Source: a virus (taxonomy: Duplodnaviria > Caudoviricetes). Taken from it: 64,000 nt of DNA. This document shows, one piece after another, positions 1-11,005 of this stretch. The stretch lies in the IMG/VR virus record IMGVR_UViG_3300031993_000037, positions 32,007 through 96,006 of that record. One strand, 5' to 3'. Position numbers and translations under genes: made by a program. Each line of letters begins with the position of its first letter. Within the stretch, counting starts at the first letter, position 1. The notes beneath the pieces were generated by a model, which did no database searches, had not been told where the DNA came from, and saw nothing but the letters and a program-made list of their open reading frames with translations.

Positions 1-2
1 GT

Positions 3-3000
3 GTTGATAAAGATTATATACCTCAAGAACATGATTTAGTATCTGTTTTTTTCACTCCTGCTAGTAGTAGTGGTGGTAAAAGTGGTTCTGGTTCTGTTAT
101 CGGAGCAGTTCTTGGTGCAATTGTTGGTGTTATCGCTGTCGGTATTATGATTTACACTGGCGGTGCTACTGCTCCAATTATTATTCAGGCATTAAGCGTA
201 TTCGCATCTTGTGTTGGTTTGGGATATGCAATTGGAACTTTCATAGACATGAAGAACCAAAACATTGATAACAAAACCAATAAACTTAATGGTGCTAAAG
301 AAGGTGCTTCAAGTCCTGATGTAAGAGGTGCTGAAAACACTTCTGTCTTAAATGATAATTTCCCATTTGTTATTGGAAAACATTTAGTCACCCCTCGTGT
401 AATTGGAGACCCTGTAACTACATATTCTGGAACTGATGGTGAAGACGCTTATATAAGAACCCTTTTAGTTGTGGGTTATGCTCCAATGAAGTTGACTGAC
501 TTCAAACTTGGAGATTTTTGGTTGGCTTACAACCGTGATATGATAAATTCAGAAGGAGAACAAATCTCTCACGACACCATTATCAATGGTCTTCTTCGTG
601 GATATTCTACTCAAAAAACTGATGACGGAGATATTCTTGATTACTGGAAGCATAATGATATTTCTCTTGAAATTATTCAGCAAAATCCAAATGCTGCAGT
701 TGATTATGGAACTCTTTATGAATACGCTGCTGATGATCAGTCTATTAATGCAAATGTTCTTTATATTGCTGATAAGCAGCTTAATGAAAATATTCCAGTT
801 TCTTATAAGGGAGCACAGTTCCCAAGTAAGTTCAGAACAAACGGTGTGTTCTTTACTACTCCATGTCCAAGAAAGTTTACCGTAAACATCCAGTTTCCTT
901 CTGGACTTTATGCAAGTTATACAAAAACAACTACATCTGGCAGTACTTCTATTACTGATACAATTTATGGCACAATCCCATTGTGGATGGCAATTCAGTG
1001 GAGAATTGTCAGCACAAGCAATGCTTCATCAAATTCAAATGGTTATGATTATGATCAGTGGAATAATATCAGCTTTGGGAATATGGAAACATTCACAAAC
1101 GAAAAAGCTGCCGCTGATAAATCTGCACATCTTGGAAATGACCTTTCTGGTCATACTCTTGAAGATATTTACCAGGGATGGCTTGGAAAGGATTTGTGCA
1201 ATTTTGGTAATTATAGTGGTGAAGACCATATCTCTGAAATTAGACTTTCAAAAACAATTACTCTTACTCAAGAACAGTGTAAACAAGTAATTGCAGATAC
1301 AAACCCTTCAAAGATGATTGAGATTCGTGTAATTCGTGTTTCTCCAAACTACATGAATCAGATTTCCACAGATGGACTTCCTGATGACGAAGGAATGAGA
1401 AGTTACTCTGATTTGACAAAAGTTATATCTATAGTCACAGAAACTTTTGATGAACAGGAACTTAGAATTAATGATACTTTAGTTCCTATCAGACCTCTTT
1501 CAGAAAGAGATATGAGAAAGTTTACTCTTGTTGCTATCAAAGCGAAAGCTGATGCAAGTGGCTATATTATTAATCAGCTCAAAAAAGTAAACTGTGTAGC
1601 TGAAAGTTTTTCTCCATATTGGGATTCAGCACAGAAAAAGATGCTCCCTGAGGGAGTAACTAAGAAGATTAAATATTATGGTTATTATGATGAGCATAAT
1701 AATAAAGTAAACAGAAGCGATGACGCAATAGAACGAGAAATTACAAAAGCACAATATGAAGAAGGTAGACAGGAAGGTTATTCATGGTATCAGGAAGATG
1801 CCGGTTCTACTTTTGAAGATGTTATTAAAGCCATTGTGTTCAACAATGTTGGAACTCATAATGGCAGACCTTGTACAATTCTTACGCCAGCTTCAAGTAT
1901 CTTCAATAATAACTCGGTTGCTTCTGGATTTATGTTGGCTTGTGTTGGTCCACAGAATGGAACGGTTGCTCTTGGATATGATGAAGTAAACATTCTTACA
2001 ATTGGTGATTGGGCAGAAAAAACCGCAGCATTAAAAGATGGAACCACATTCAACTCAGACACTGTTTATAATGGAGTTCAATACTTAAAGGGTGATGAAG
2101 TTCCTTTGCGAATGGAAGCAAACGGTTATGTCTGTGCCGGAATTAAGCTGGAAGGACTCCTTGAAAAACTTGCTGTTGCAGGAAGAGCATTATGGTGCGT
2201 TGATGAAACTGGAAAGATTAAGATTGTTATGGACCGCCCTTGTGATTATGTCAAGGGTGTTATCAGTGCCCAGAACTGTATTTCTTCATCTAATGTTTTC
2301 TCTTATGAAAAGCAGCCAGCTGGTTTATTCATTTCTTTCTCTGATGAGAATGATGGTTATGATAAAAACCAGGTTTACTGTTGGAGTGACGGAAACTCTA
2401 TTTCAAATTATCACGGAGAAGTAGAGCCTTATAACATTGACTTCGTAACTAATCCTTATCAGATTTGGTCTATTGGACGCTATATGCTTGCATATAGAAT
2501 TCTGATGAAGGAAATGCTTACAAGAAAAATTGGAGTAGAAGGTAACACATATTCAATCGGCGATGTTGTTATGATTCAGAGTGAAGACCTTTTGATTGGT
2601 GACACTTCTGGACGCATTCAAGAAGTTCTTGAAGACAATGGACGTATCTACGGATTTATTACGGACGCACCATTTGAATTCGAAGGAGTTCTTGATACTG
2701 ATGGAAACTCTACTCAAGGCGTTACTATTCTGCAGCCAGGATACTTAGGTAAGTCTAAAGTAGTAACACTTCCAATTGCTAAAGACGGACATCCTCAGGT
2801 AATTGGCGGCGTAACATACACCCAGAAAAAAGGAACAACAAATCTTATTCTTATTGGTACAACTGACCCGAACCATACATATTACGGAGTAATGCGTTCT
2901 GGTGATGATCCTTCAGATGGCGATGTTATTAAGTATAACATGAAAGAAGGTGACATCTGTATGTTTGGTGTAAGAGATAAAATTTCTGCTCCATACCGCA

Positions 3001-6000
3001 TTATAAAGATTAAACCAGAAAAAGATGGTGGATTCTCAGAGACATTACTTCCTTACAACGAAGACCTTTATAACTCTGGAAAAATGTTACCTGCATTCCA
3101 GAGTTACATTACAAATCCGCCGGTAGAAGATATGCTTGTATCTTTAAGTGATGTTCCAACAAACATCAAAGATTTGAATGACTCAAGAAAAGGAATTCAA
3201 AACAGCATAAATATGATTGTAAATGGTGGGGCTAACATTGGAAGTCCTGACACAGTTACTAATATTAATGCTGTTGCCGGAATGTCAAACATTGCAATAA
3301 CCTGGGCAGCTCCTGTAAACAACGGTCTTAGAAATAGTGTTAAGTGTTATTATGTTTGGCTTTCAAAGAACGAAGGTTTAACATGGGAGTTAATCGGACG
3401 TGTTTATAAATCTTCTTTTGAATATGAATATAAAAGAGCAAATCTTACACAGGCTGTTAATAGAGGACCTTGGGCACCGAATACAGCATACGATGTAGGT
3501 GATACTATAACATACTCTGGCACAAAATATGTCTGCGATATGGCTCATACATCTGGGGAAGAATTTGATACTGCAGAGAAAATAAAATGGATAGAGTATG
3601 ACGGATATATGGAGAGAGAAGAGTTTGCTGACTGGCGAGTTAAAGTTATTACTGAAAACCAAGCAGGTCAGCAATCTGGAGATTCTGCATTCTCTCAAAT
3701 AGATGTAAGTGGATATGGAACTTTCAAGCCAAGTGTACCTCAGATTATTTCTTGTGAAGCTTCAAGAGATGATATCAAAGTAAACTGGACGATATCATTT
3801 CAGAGACAACCTTACGCTACGAACCTTTTCAAGGCTTATCTTTATAAGAAAGTGACACATGATGTTGGAGAATGGGCACCAGATACTGTTTATGATATAA
3901 ATGATCTTGTAAAGGTTACTGATACTACAACAGATACTGTTGTAAGATATTATTGTACAACTGCTCATACCTCTGGAAGCGAGTTTGATGCTGCGGAGCT
4001 TGCGAACTGGTCTTTATACGAAGGTATTCCTGTTACAATCATCAGTAACGAATATGGTACTTATACATTCAATAGAAAAACAGACGGTTATCCAGAAATC
4101 TCTGATTTAAGCGGATGGGCCATAAAAATTGTTTGTTATAACACTATTTATGGAGAAACAACAAAAGAGGCTAACTGGTCTGTTGCTGGCTCTATAGGAA
4201 CAAGAGACTATGGAACCTGGGCGTTATCTAAACCTATTATCAATGCAAAGGTAACAGACCGAACCATTATCTTAAATTTCTATCTTACTCCTACTGCAAG
4301 TAATGTAATTCCTTACGGTGATATCAGATATCGTGTTTACATTAAGAAAACAGGAGTTAATGAAGGATATTGCAAGCCAGCTCTTACTCTTAATCCATAT
4401 GCTGAGTTTGATGTCATTACCAAACAGTGCATTCATGATAATGAGCAGAATTACAAAGATACAGTTATTATGGGTGAGTGGCAGCCTGGATATGATTACC
4501 ACGAGAATTCAATTGTCTCAGAATCTGGAACGATGTACAAATGTACAACAGCTCACTACTCAGGTGCTACTTTTGATGTAGAAGAACAGGCTTACTGGGC
4601 TGAAAGTGCATGGCAGCCGCAAACTGTATATACAACTAATGAGATTGTAACAGTCGAAGAAAATAATGAAATAAAATATTATAGTTGTAAGATTGCTCAT
4701 ACATCCGGCTCTACATTTAATAATGTAGAAAAAGAAAAGTGGGAAGAATATCAGAATTATGTTATTTCTTATGACACTTTTGTTCAAACATTACCTCTTG
4801 AGGGTCAAGGTTTGAACCAGCTTAAGAATACTTCTTATGATTATAAGATTATAGCATTTAATGAAGCTGGAGATAGTCCTGCATCTGACGATGCGACTAT
4901 AACTGCTCTTTGTACTAACATTAGAGATATCGTAAAGGCAAATCAGGATTACAAGGAACTTTATATTTCTGACTTGTCTGTTCTTTCTGCAAACATCGGT
5001 GCTATTCTTCAGGGTTCTTTAGGAGCCTCTTCTAACCTTTGGGATTTGTCTACATTCGTTGATGATAATGGTAGACAGCATTACGAAGGTAGATTCCGAG
5101 TTGGTGATGAGAATGAATACCTTCTGGTTGATCCAATTCTTGATGAATTTGGTATGCCAACTGGTAAGTTCAAAATCAGCTTCAAGATGGGTAGTTTTGA
5201 AGTAACAACTCAGATGTCAAAAATTAATGGTGAGTTGATTGTACAGAAAGATGAAAATTCTCTTGATAGAACCAGAATAACTCCAGAGGGTACTTTCTAT
5301 GAACACAGAGGAAGTACAAATGCTGAAAGTGAATGGATAGCTGTTGCTAAACAAGAAACTCGTGGTCTTATGACACAGTCTGTTTACAGTTATGATTCAC
5401 TCGTAATAACAAACATGAGCATTGCTGAACGTCGTGCTTTAGGACATGATGTTGGTAAAACGTATCTTTCTGCAAACGCAATCTGTTATCACTTTGATAC
5501 AGATGATGAAACAGCAGGAACTGTATCAGAACCAAGACACATTCAGTTACCAATGGACCAGCACCTTTATGACCATAAAGGAAATACTTTGGAAGATAAT
5601 GGCGGCTCTATTGAATACTTGTCTGATTCTGATTCTTTACCAAGACTCGTAGATGAGAGCGACAATACATCTGCAAGCCCTATTGATTTCAAACCTGCAA
5701 TTCTTGCTTTCTCTCCATATTCGGAAATAGCAAAATCTTTGTACGGTGGCTACAAACTTGTACATCCTCTTGGAAATAACTTATGGACTGTTGATTTCTG
5801 GATTGAATATATGTGGGCTGAAGATCAGACCTTGTTTGATGTAGGAAACGAAGGTGACCGTATTCAGATTTTAATTGCTTATGATGAACCAAAATATAAC
5901 TCACATTATGAGAACGATGACCCTCCTTATGACTATGGAGTAATGTATGAAGATTTACCGGTTTACAACGTTGCGAAACCAGGAGAACAGTATATTTATC

Positions 6001-7187
6001 ATACAAGCGGAACATTTGAAGAAAGTTTCATTCTGTCTGAAAAGATTGAAGAATTGTATGGAGAGACATTTAATTTCAATCCAAACACTTGGCTTCATGC
6101 AGGTTTCGTTTTAACTAATGATAAGATTCTGTTTTATGTTGATGTTTATAAAATTGAATTTAATAGACATCAGTTAGGCAATACACCTGGAACCGCAATA
6201 TTTAATACAGATAAAAATAGTTTCTGTCTGGACGAACTTTATATAGATACAGTTTCAGAAACTTTTGAAAGTTTCCGACAGTCTTCTTTGGATAATATTC
6301 CTTGGGGTAATATTCCTTATACACAGAAGAACTTTATTCTTGATGTAAAAGATTTAAGTTCTTTCTATACTAATATTTTCCAGAGTCAGACCTTTGCAGA
6401 TGCAGTAGAAAGTATCACACATTCTGGAAGTAGCTGCTATTTCTTGAATTCAAATAGTATGACTGGCGATAATCTTGTTGTAGGCGGTACAACAAAGATT
6501 ATGTTTACTGCAGATATTACCGGACCAAATATCTCTACTCCATTTGTAATTAATTATAATGGCGTTGATATTCCAGTTAAGCAGCCAACAAACAGTGGAC
6601 TTGCAGATATCTTTGCAAAGAGCGTCAGCAGCACATATATTTACTTCAGAAATAAATCAAGACTTGATTTGGTTTATGATGGAGTTTATTTCGTACTCTC
6701 GGTAACAGATACTATTGAATCTGGAAATATGAATCCAGTTACAAGTAATGCCATAGCTAATTCAAATGCTATGCCGGTGGACTCTGTTGCTAGTAATAAC
6801 ATGCATTCTGTTACCTCGAATGCAGTGGCAGACGCTTTAGGTTATCTTGTTTGGGAGAATACAGACCCTCAAGAAATTGGTGATAATGTTACTTTTAATT
6901 ATGACAGACCTATTCCTAATGGTTTTACAAGAATCAAAGTAGAATGTGGAAATGTTCTGCCCGGGCTTGGTTATGTATTTTATACAGATTGTCTAATTGG
7001 TAAAAGTAATTATTTATCATTACATTTTACGTCGGCACAAGGTGTTGAATATGCACCTAACCGTATTATAGACCAAATAACAACGACAAGTTTTAGAGTT
7101 GGTATTTGTCGATTTTATAAAAGTGATGTTGGTTTTTCAAATGCTACAGATAGAATTATTCCTTTGAGGATATGGGCGATTAAGTAA
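3..7187 (+). CDS. Giant tail-tip / host-specificity protein (J-like) with FN3-like, CBM5/12-like repeats and a LamG/ConA-like domain; 5'-truncated by the window edge
   Basis: 2346-aa ORF whose frame stays open back to base 3. Four W-x3-T/Y-x-Y...Y-x-C-x2-AH(T/Y)SG repeats, FN3-like segments (ITWAAP...YYVW; YDYKIIAFNEAGDS), LamG-like WTVDFW...WLH...FYVD. Lies upstream of fibre genes. Confidence 0.8.
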   Translation, partial: VDKDYIPQEHDLVSVFFTPASSSGGKSGSGSVIGAVLGAIVGVIAVGIMIYTGGATAPIIIQALSVFASCVGLGYAIGTFIDMKNQNIDNKTNKLNGAKEGASSPDVRGAENTSVLNDNFPFVIGKHLVTPRVIGDPVTTYSGTDGEDAYIRTLLVVGYAPMKLTDFKLGDFWLAYNRDMINSEGEQISHDTIINGLLRGYSTQKTDDGDILDYWKHNDISLEIIQQNPNAAVDYGTLYEYAADDQSINANVLYIADKQLNENIPVSYKGAQFPSKFRTNGVFFTTPCPRKFTVNIQFPSGLYASYTKTTTSGSTSITDTIYGTIPLWMAIQWRIVSTSNASSNSNGYDYDQWNNISFGNMETFTNEKAAADKSAHLGNDLSGHTLEDIYQGWLGKDLCNFGNYSGEDHISEIRLSKTITLTQEQCKQVIADTNPSKMIEIRVIRVSPNYMNQISTDGLPDDEGMRSYSDLTKVISIVTETFDEQELRINDTLVPIRPLSERDMRKFTLVAIKAKADASGYIINQLKKVNCVAESFSPYWDSAQKKMLPEGVTKKIKYYGYYDEHNNKVNRSDDAIEREITKAQYEEGRQEGYSWYQEDAGSTFEDVIKAIVFNNVGTHNGRPCTILTPASSIFNNNSVASGFMLACVGPQNGTVALGYDEVNILTIGDWAEKTAALKDGTTFNSDTVYNGVQYLKGDEVPLRMEANGYVCAGIKLEGLLEKLAVAGRALWCVDETGKIKIVMDRPCDYVKGVISAQNCISSSNVFSYEKQPAGLFISFSDENDGYDKNQVYCWSDGNSISNYHGEVEPYNIDFVTNPYQIWSIGRYMLAYRILMKEMLTRKIGVEGNTYSIGDVVMIQSEDLLIGDTSGRIQEVLEDNGRIYGFITDAPFEFEGVLDTDGNSTQGVTILQPGYLGKSKVVTLPIAKDGHPQVIGGVTYTQKKGTTNLILIGTTDPNHTYYGVMRSGDDPSDGDVIKYNMKEGDICMFGVRDKISAPYRIIKIKPEKDGGFSETLLPYNEDLYNSGKMLPAFQSYITNPPVEDMLVSLSDVPTNIKDLNDSRKGIQNSINMIVNGGANIGSPDTVTNINAVAGMSNIAITWAAPVNNGLRNSVKCYYVWLSKNEGLTWELIGRVYKSSFEYEYKRANLTQAVNRGPWAPNTAYDVGDTITYSGTKYVCDMAHTSGEEFDTAEKIKWIEYDGYMEREEFADWRVKVITENQAGQQSGDSAFSQIDVSGYGTFKPSVPQIISCEASRDDIKVNWTISFQRQPYATNLFKAYLYKKVTHDVGEWAPDTVYDINDLVKVTDTTTDTVVRYYCTTAHTSGSEFDAAELANWSLYEGIPVTIISNEYGTYTFNRKTDGYPEISDLSGWAIKIVCYNTIYGETTKEANWSVAGSIGTRDYGTWALSKPIINAKVTDRTIILNFYLTPTASNVIPYGDIRYRVYIKKTGVNEGYCKPALTLNPYAEFDVITKQCIHDNEQNYKDTVIMGEWQPGYDYHENSIVSESGTMYKCTTAHYSGATFDVEEQAYWAESAWQPQTVYTTNEIVTVEENNEIKYYSCKIAHTSGSTFNNVEKEKWEEYQNYVISYDTFVQTLPLEGQGLNQLKNTSYDYKIIAFNEAGDSPASDDATITALCTNIRDIVKANQDYKELYISDLSVLSANIGAILQGSLGASSNLWDLSTFVDDNGRQHYEGRFRVGDENEYLLVDPILDEFGMPTGKFKISFKMGSFEVTTQMSKINGELIVQKDENSLDRTRITPEGTFYEHRGSTNAESEWIAVAKQETRGLMTQSVYSYDSLVITNMSIAERRALGHDVGKTYLSANAICYHFDTDDETAGTVSEPRHIQLPMDQHLYDHKGNTLEDNGGSIEYLSDSDSLPRLVDESDNTSASPIDFKPAILAFSPYSEIAKSLYGGYKLVHPLGNNLWTVDFWIEYMWAEDQTLFDVGNEGDRIQILIAYDEPKYNSHYENDDPPYDYGVMYEDLPVYNVAKPGEQYIYHTSGTFEESFILSEKIEELYGETFNFNPNTWLHAGFVLTNDKILFYVDVYKIEFNRHQLGNTPGTAIFNTDKNSFCLDELYIDTVSETFESFRQSSLDNIPWGNIPYTQKNFILDVKDLSSFYTNIFQSQTFADAVESITHSGSSCYFLNSNSMTGDNLVVGGTTKIMFTADITGPNISTPFVINYNGVDIPVKQPTNSGLADIFAKSVSSTYIYFRNKSRLDLVYDGVYFVLSVTDTIESGNMNPVTSNAIANSNAMPVDSVASNNMHSVTSNAVADALGYLVWENTDPQEIGDNVTFNYDRPIPNGFTRIKVECGNVLPGLGYVFYTDCLIGKSNYLSLHFTSAQGVEYAPNRIIDQITTTSFRVGICRFYKSDVGFSNATDRIIPLRIWAIK

Positions 7188-7274
7188 CAGGAGATAAAAT
7201 ATGGCAGTAGCACAGATTAAGACATTATTTAATGTATCAATTTTTTGGGTGTATAAAATAGTAAAGGAGTTCAA

Positions 7275-8270
7275 ATGCCAACAATAGACGCATCTTTAGA
7301 CTCGATAAAGATTCCTGCTTTTGAAAATTATGACCCACCTTTTAACAATCCTCCAATTGGTACTCCTGTAGTCAGAGGTCCTGACATTGAAACGGGAGTA
7401 TCAGATAATTTGGGTGGTCTCAATATAAGACAAGTAAATGACAACATCGTAGCTCCATTTGTAAAGATGAGACCTATACAGATATTTGAAAATACAACAC
7501 TGGCAAATATTGGGTATGATGCAAAAGTTGTAATAAAAGCACAGTCAACTATAGCACTTACTCTTAATACACCTGCCTACAAAGGATGTAAGCTGACAAT
7601 TATTAATACTACCAGTGATTCACACTTATTAAATGCAGCAGGATATTATCAAAATAATTTTGAACTTATACCTAATATAATATTTCAAATAGTATGGAAT
7701 GGTACAATCTGGCAGAATATAACTGCTCCTGGAGTTGGGAAGACTATATCTCAATATCCATTGGAACAATCGCCGGAGTTATTATATCCTTGTGCTGGAT
7801 GGTTAGAGATAACATCAAAATTTCAAGGTGCGTTTTTTAGAACAAGAGGTGGAAATGCTGATCCGTTTATAGAGGCTGATGGAACGCTGACCCCACAGGC
7901 ACAGGGTACTGCAGTAAATGGGTTGAAGTTTACTGGTACAAGAGCAAAATCTGGGAAACAAAGTGCACTTGGTTCTGTAACAGAAAGTTCAAGCCATACA
8001 CACAGCCCACTTTCCTATAATGGCTATAGACAGTCTTATTCTACAACCAACTCTTGGTATTGTATAGAACAAAATGATACAGGTTCAATATATAATACAA
8101 ACGATTCATCTACTAAAATTACAGTAAGCTCAGTTTCAACGACTGTGCCAGATTTGACAGTAACTGGAAACCATACACACACTATGACGGTAAAAGGAAA
8201 ATTGACTTCTACAGATACTGAAACAAGACCTATCAACTTGGCAAAAAGAATATGGTTGAGAGTTGGTTAA
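7275..8270 (+). CDS. Tail fibre/baseplate-associated protein, paralog 1
   Basis: Shares LDSI, GGL, YDA, WNGTxWQ, YPC, GAFFR and a C-terminal ETRPxN..W.R motif with the next two ORFs; HTH/HSH fibre-type motifs. Confidence 0.7.
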   Translation: MPTIDASLDSIKIPAFENYDPPFNNPPIGTPVVRGPDIETGVSDNLGGLNIRQVNDNIVAPFVKMRPIQIFENTTLANIGYDAKVVIKAQSTIALTLNTPAYKGCKLTIINTTSDSHLLNAAGYYQNNFELIPNIIFQIVWNGTIWQNITAPGVGKTISQYPLEQSPELLYPCAGWLEITSKFQGAFFRTRGGNADPFIEADGTLTPQAQGTAVNGLKFTGTRAKSGKQSALGSVTESSSHTHSPLSYNGYRQSYSTTNSWYCIEQNDTGSIYNTNDSSTKITVSSVSTTVPDLTVTGNHTHTMTVKGKLTSTDTETRPINLAKRIWLRVG

Positions 8271-8281
8271 GGAAGTAAGAT

Positions 8282-9271
8282 ATGAGCAATGAGTTAGATT
8301 TAACACTTGATTCAATAATGATTCCATCCTCACCTTTGATTCCTTCATTAGACTTTGGAACAGTAGTAACTCCTAATCCTATAAATCACGGTGGACTTTC
8401 AAGTAGAGAAATGTCAAATAATGTTATGGCGTTTTTTACTAAAATGAGGCCTGTTGTAGTATCGAGCAGCATTGAGACTACGGTGGTTCAGTATGATGCC
8501 CGTTTAATAATTAATGCAGGAGAACCTATTACACTTACTTTACGAAATGGAGCTTATGAAGGATGTTTGCTTACTATTATAAATCAGACGTCATATACAC
8601 ATACAATATCTTGTACATCGGTAAGCACTAATACACCAATACTTTTGCCGAATAAAGACTGTGTGTTAATTTGGAATGGAACAAAATGGCAGAATATCAA
8701 AGCACCAGCTATTGGAAAACATGTGGTTCAGTTTCCTCAAGAAAAGAAACCAGAAAATATTTATCCTTGTACCAAATGGGAAGAAATTGATTATCAGGGT
8801 GCTTTCTTTAGAGCTTATTTAGCAAATGTTTCGGGTGATTTTATTTCATCTGGAACTATAACAAGCCAATCATTACAACCACAGGGAACTCAAGTTTTCG
8901 AGCCTTCAGCAAACAAAGGTTTGTATTTTGAAGGAAGTTCAGCAACGTCAGAAAACGAAGATAGTCACCCAAAAGTTCCAAGTCATACAAGTACACATAA
9001 TCATAGCTGGGAATATGCAATTTATGATAGCGGAAGTACTTCTGCTGAAAAACTTTTGTACCAAGGTAATACTGCTTCTGGTTATAATAATGATGACCAG
9101 ACTGTTAATAAAGCCACGAATGAGGTTTCTTTTTCTTTAAGATATGATGAAAATGCTGCATGTAACCATAATCATACATTATCGACGCCGGCAGGAACCG
9201 TTAGTTGTAATGGAGATGCAGAAACAAGACCAGACAATTATGCAGCAAAAATTTGGAAAAGGATTGCATAA
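8282..9271 (+). CDS. Tail fibre/baseplate-associated protein, paralog 2
   Basis: Same conserved blocks as 7275-8270; ends ETRPDNYAAKIWKRIA. Confidence 0.7.
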   Translation: MSNELDLTLDSIMIPSSPLIPSLDFGTVVTPNPINHGGLSSREMSNNVMAFFTKMRPVVVSSSIETTVVQYDARLIINAGEPITLTLRNGAYEGCLLTIINQTSYTHTISCTSVSTNTPILLPNKDCVLIWNGTKWQNIKAPAIGKHVVQFPQEKKPENIYPCTKWEEIDYQGAFFRAYLANVSGDFISSGTITSQSLQPQGTQVFEPSANKGLYFEGSSATSENEDSHPKVPSHTSTHNHSWEYAIYDSGSTSAEKLLYQGNTASGYNNDDQTVNKATNEVSFSLRYDENAACNHNHTLSTPAGTVSCNGDAETRPDNYAAKIWKRIA

Positions 9272-9280
9272 GGAGATAAT

Positions 9281-10243
9281 ATGAAAGATTTGACATTAGA
9301 TTCTATTCTTTATCCTGCAATTACTGGCTATAATCCTCCCTTCGGAACAAGAGTAACTAGAACTGTTACTAATGAAGGAGGGCTATCTAGTAGAGAGGTA
9401 AATACAAATATATTAACTCCTTTTGGAAAAATGAGGGCTATTGAAGTAACTTCAAATGACAGTACATCTGAAGTAGAATACGATGCTAAAATTATTATCA
9501 ATAATGAAAGTGATTCAATTCAATTTACGCTAAATAATGCAACATACATTGGTTGTAAAGTTACTATTATTAATAAAAGCACTATAACCCATACTCTTCT
9601 ATGCAGCTCTGTTAGAACAACAGGAAATAATGTTTTACAGGGGTTATCGGTAACAGAGTTGATGTGGAATGGAACTGCCTGGCAAAGTTTGAGTGCTCCG
9701 GCAATAAAAGACAGGGTTATTCAATATCCGCAAGAGATACATCCACAGGACTTGTATCCTTGTACTGAGTGGCAAGAAATTTTATATAACGGTGCATTTT
9801 TTAGAACTTATAAATCTGGCGTTTCTCGTGCATTTAGTGAAGAAAACGAAAGTTTACAAAAACAAGATGCTGCAACAAATGTTAATGGCATTTCGTTTGT
9901 AGGTGAATCTACAGATTTTTCTAACACAAGACCTGACTGGAGTGTTACTTACGATGCAGGAATGCATAGTCATACAATTACAGAAATAGAAAACCCTCAT
10001 TACAGAAGTTCAGGACAAACATATTCTAACAATCCAAAAATTTATAAGGGAAATGCAATGCCTAATATATCTCAAAGGTCTTATAGCCCAACTTATAAAG
10101 GAATTCATTTTAAGACATCAACTACAATCGGGCTTAGCGGTGATCACCGACATTACATTACTCCAAAAGGAACAATTAAATCTCGTGATTCGGAAACAAG
10201 ACCAAAAAACTATACTTTTCGTGTCTGGGAACGAATTAACTAA
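9281..10243 (+). CDS. Tail fibre/baseplate-associated protein, paralog 3
   Basis: Same conserved blocks; ends ETRPKNYTFRVWERIN. Confidence 0.7.
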   Translation: MKDLTLDSILYPAITGYNPPFGTRVTRTVTNEGGLSSREVNTNILTPFGKMRAIEVTSNDSTSEVEYDAKIIINNESDSIQFTLNNATYIGCKVTIINKSTITHTLLCSSVRTTGNNVLQGLSVTELMWNGTAWQSLSAPAIKDRVIQYPQEIHPQDLYPCTEWQEILYNGAFFRTYKSGVSRAFSEENESLQKQDAATNVNGISFVGESTDFSNTRPDWSVTYDAGMHSHTITEIENPHYRSSGQTYSNNPKIYKGNAMPNISQRSYSPTYKGIHFKTSTTIGLSGDHRHYITPKGTIKSRDSETRPKNYTFRVWERIN

Positions 10244-10250
10244 TTTATAA

Positions 10251-10329
10251 TCAATTCAAGTATCAATTCAAGTCAATTCAAGTACCTTCCAAACTGATAT
10301 TGTTTTACAGTATCATTTGGGAGGTACTT
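10251..10329 (+). promoter_or_regulatory. Three TCAATTCAAGT direct repeats followed by a hairpin that covers the next ribosome-binding site
   Basis: TCAATTCAAGT at 10251, 10263 and 10273; AAGTACCTTCCAAA...TTTGGGAGGTACTT stem includes the GGAGG before ATG 10333. Confidence 0.55.
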
Positions 10330-10332
10330 TAA

Positions 10333-10563
10333 ATGAGTGCTACAGTATTAAAAATTAATTCTTATTTCAAAACTGCTACTAGGGCAGATATTAATGAGCT
10401 GCTTTCTAAGATGCTCCTTTCAGATCGTCAGACAAGAATCTTTGAAATGTTTTATTTGAAAAGACAGAATATTGGTTTTATTGCAGATGAACTTTGTATA
10501 AGCCAGACTGTAATAAACCGAGAGTTGTTTATAATCAGAGACAAGATTTTGAGATTTATTTAG
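10333..10563 (+). CDS. Small HTH regulator (sigma70 region 4/LuxR-like)
   Basis: LSDRQTRIFEMFY...IADELCISQTVINREL. Confidence 0.7.
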   Translation: MSATVLKINSYFKTATRADINELLSKMLLSDRQTRIFEMFYLKRQNIGFIADELCISQTVINRELFIIRDKILRFI

Positions 10564-10624
10564 TAAGATTTAGACAACATAACTTTTCTCAATGATGTTA
10601 CTCTTTAACCATAAGGAGTTAGTT

Positions 10625-11005
10625 ATGTATCCATATCCGACTTATAATCAACCACCACAGCAGCAGTGGTTACCATTTCCACCACAGCCTCAGTTTCCTC
10701 AAATAAGCACACACTTTGTTTCATCAATTGAAGAAGCAAAGGCCGCTATGACAGACCCTCTTACAATTCATATTTTTATGGATTCAGCAAACGGTAAAAT
10801 TTACATTAAAAAAATGGGAGACAAAGGTTTGAGTGAGTTCTTCGTTTATTCTCAGGAAGAAACTCCAAAAGACCCAATGACAGAATTTAATTCAAGATTA
10901 ACGAAACTTGAACATCTCATAGGAGGCTCAAATGATAAATCCATTTCAAGCAATGCAGGCACTCAGCAACCCCAACCAGTTTTTGACCCAACAGTTGCAG
11001 AATAA
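10625..11005 (+). CDS. Hypothetical protein with P/Q-rich N-terminus
   Basis: ORF; start moved to MYPYP because of the AAGGAG ribosome-binding site. Confidence 0.6.
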   Translation: MYPYPTYNQPPQQQWLPFPPQPQFPQISTHFVSSIEEAKAAMTDPLTIHIFMDSANGKIYIKKMGDKGLSEFFVYSQEETPKDPMTEFNSRLTKLEHLIGGSNDKSISSNAGTQQPQPVFDPTVAE

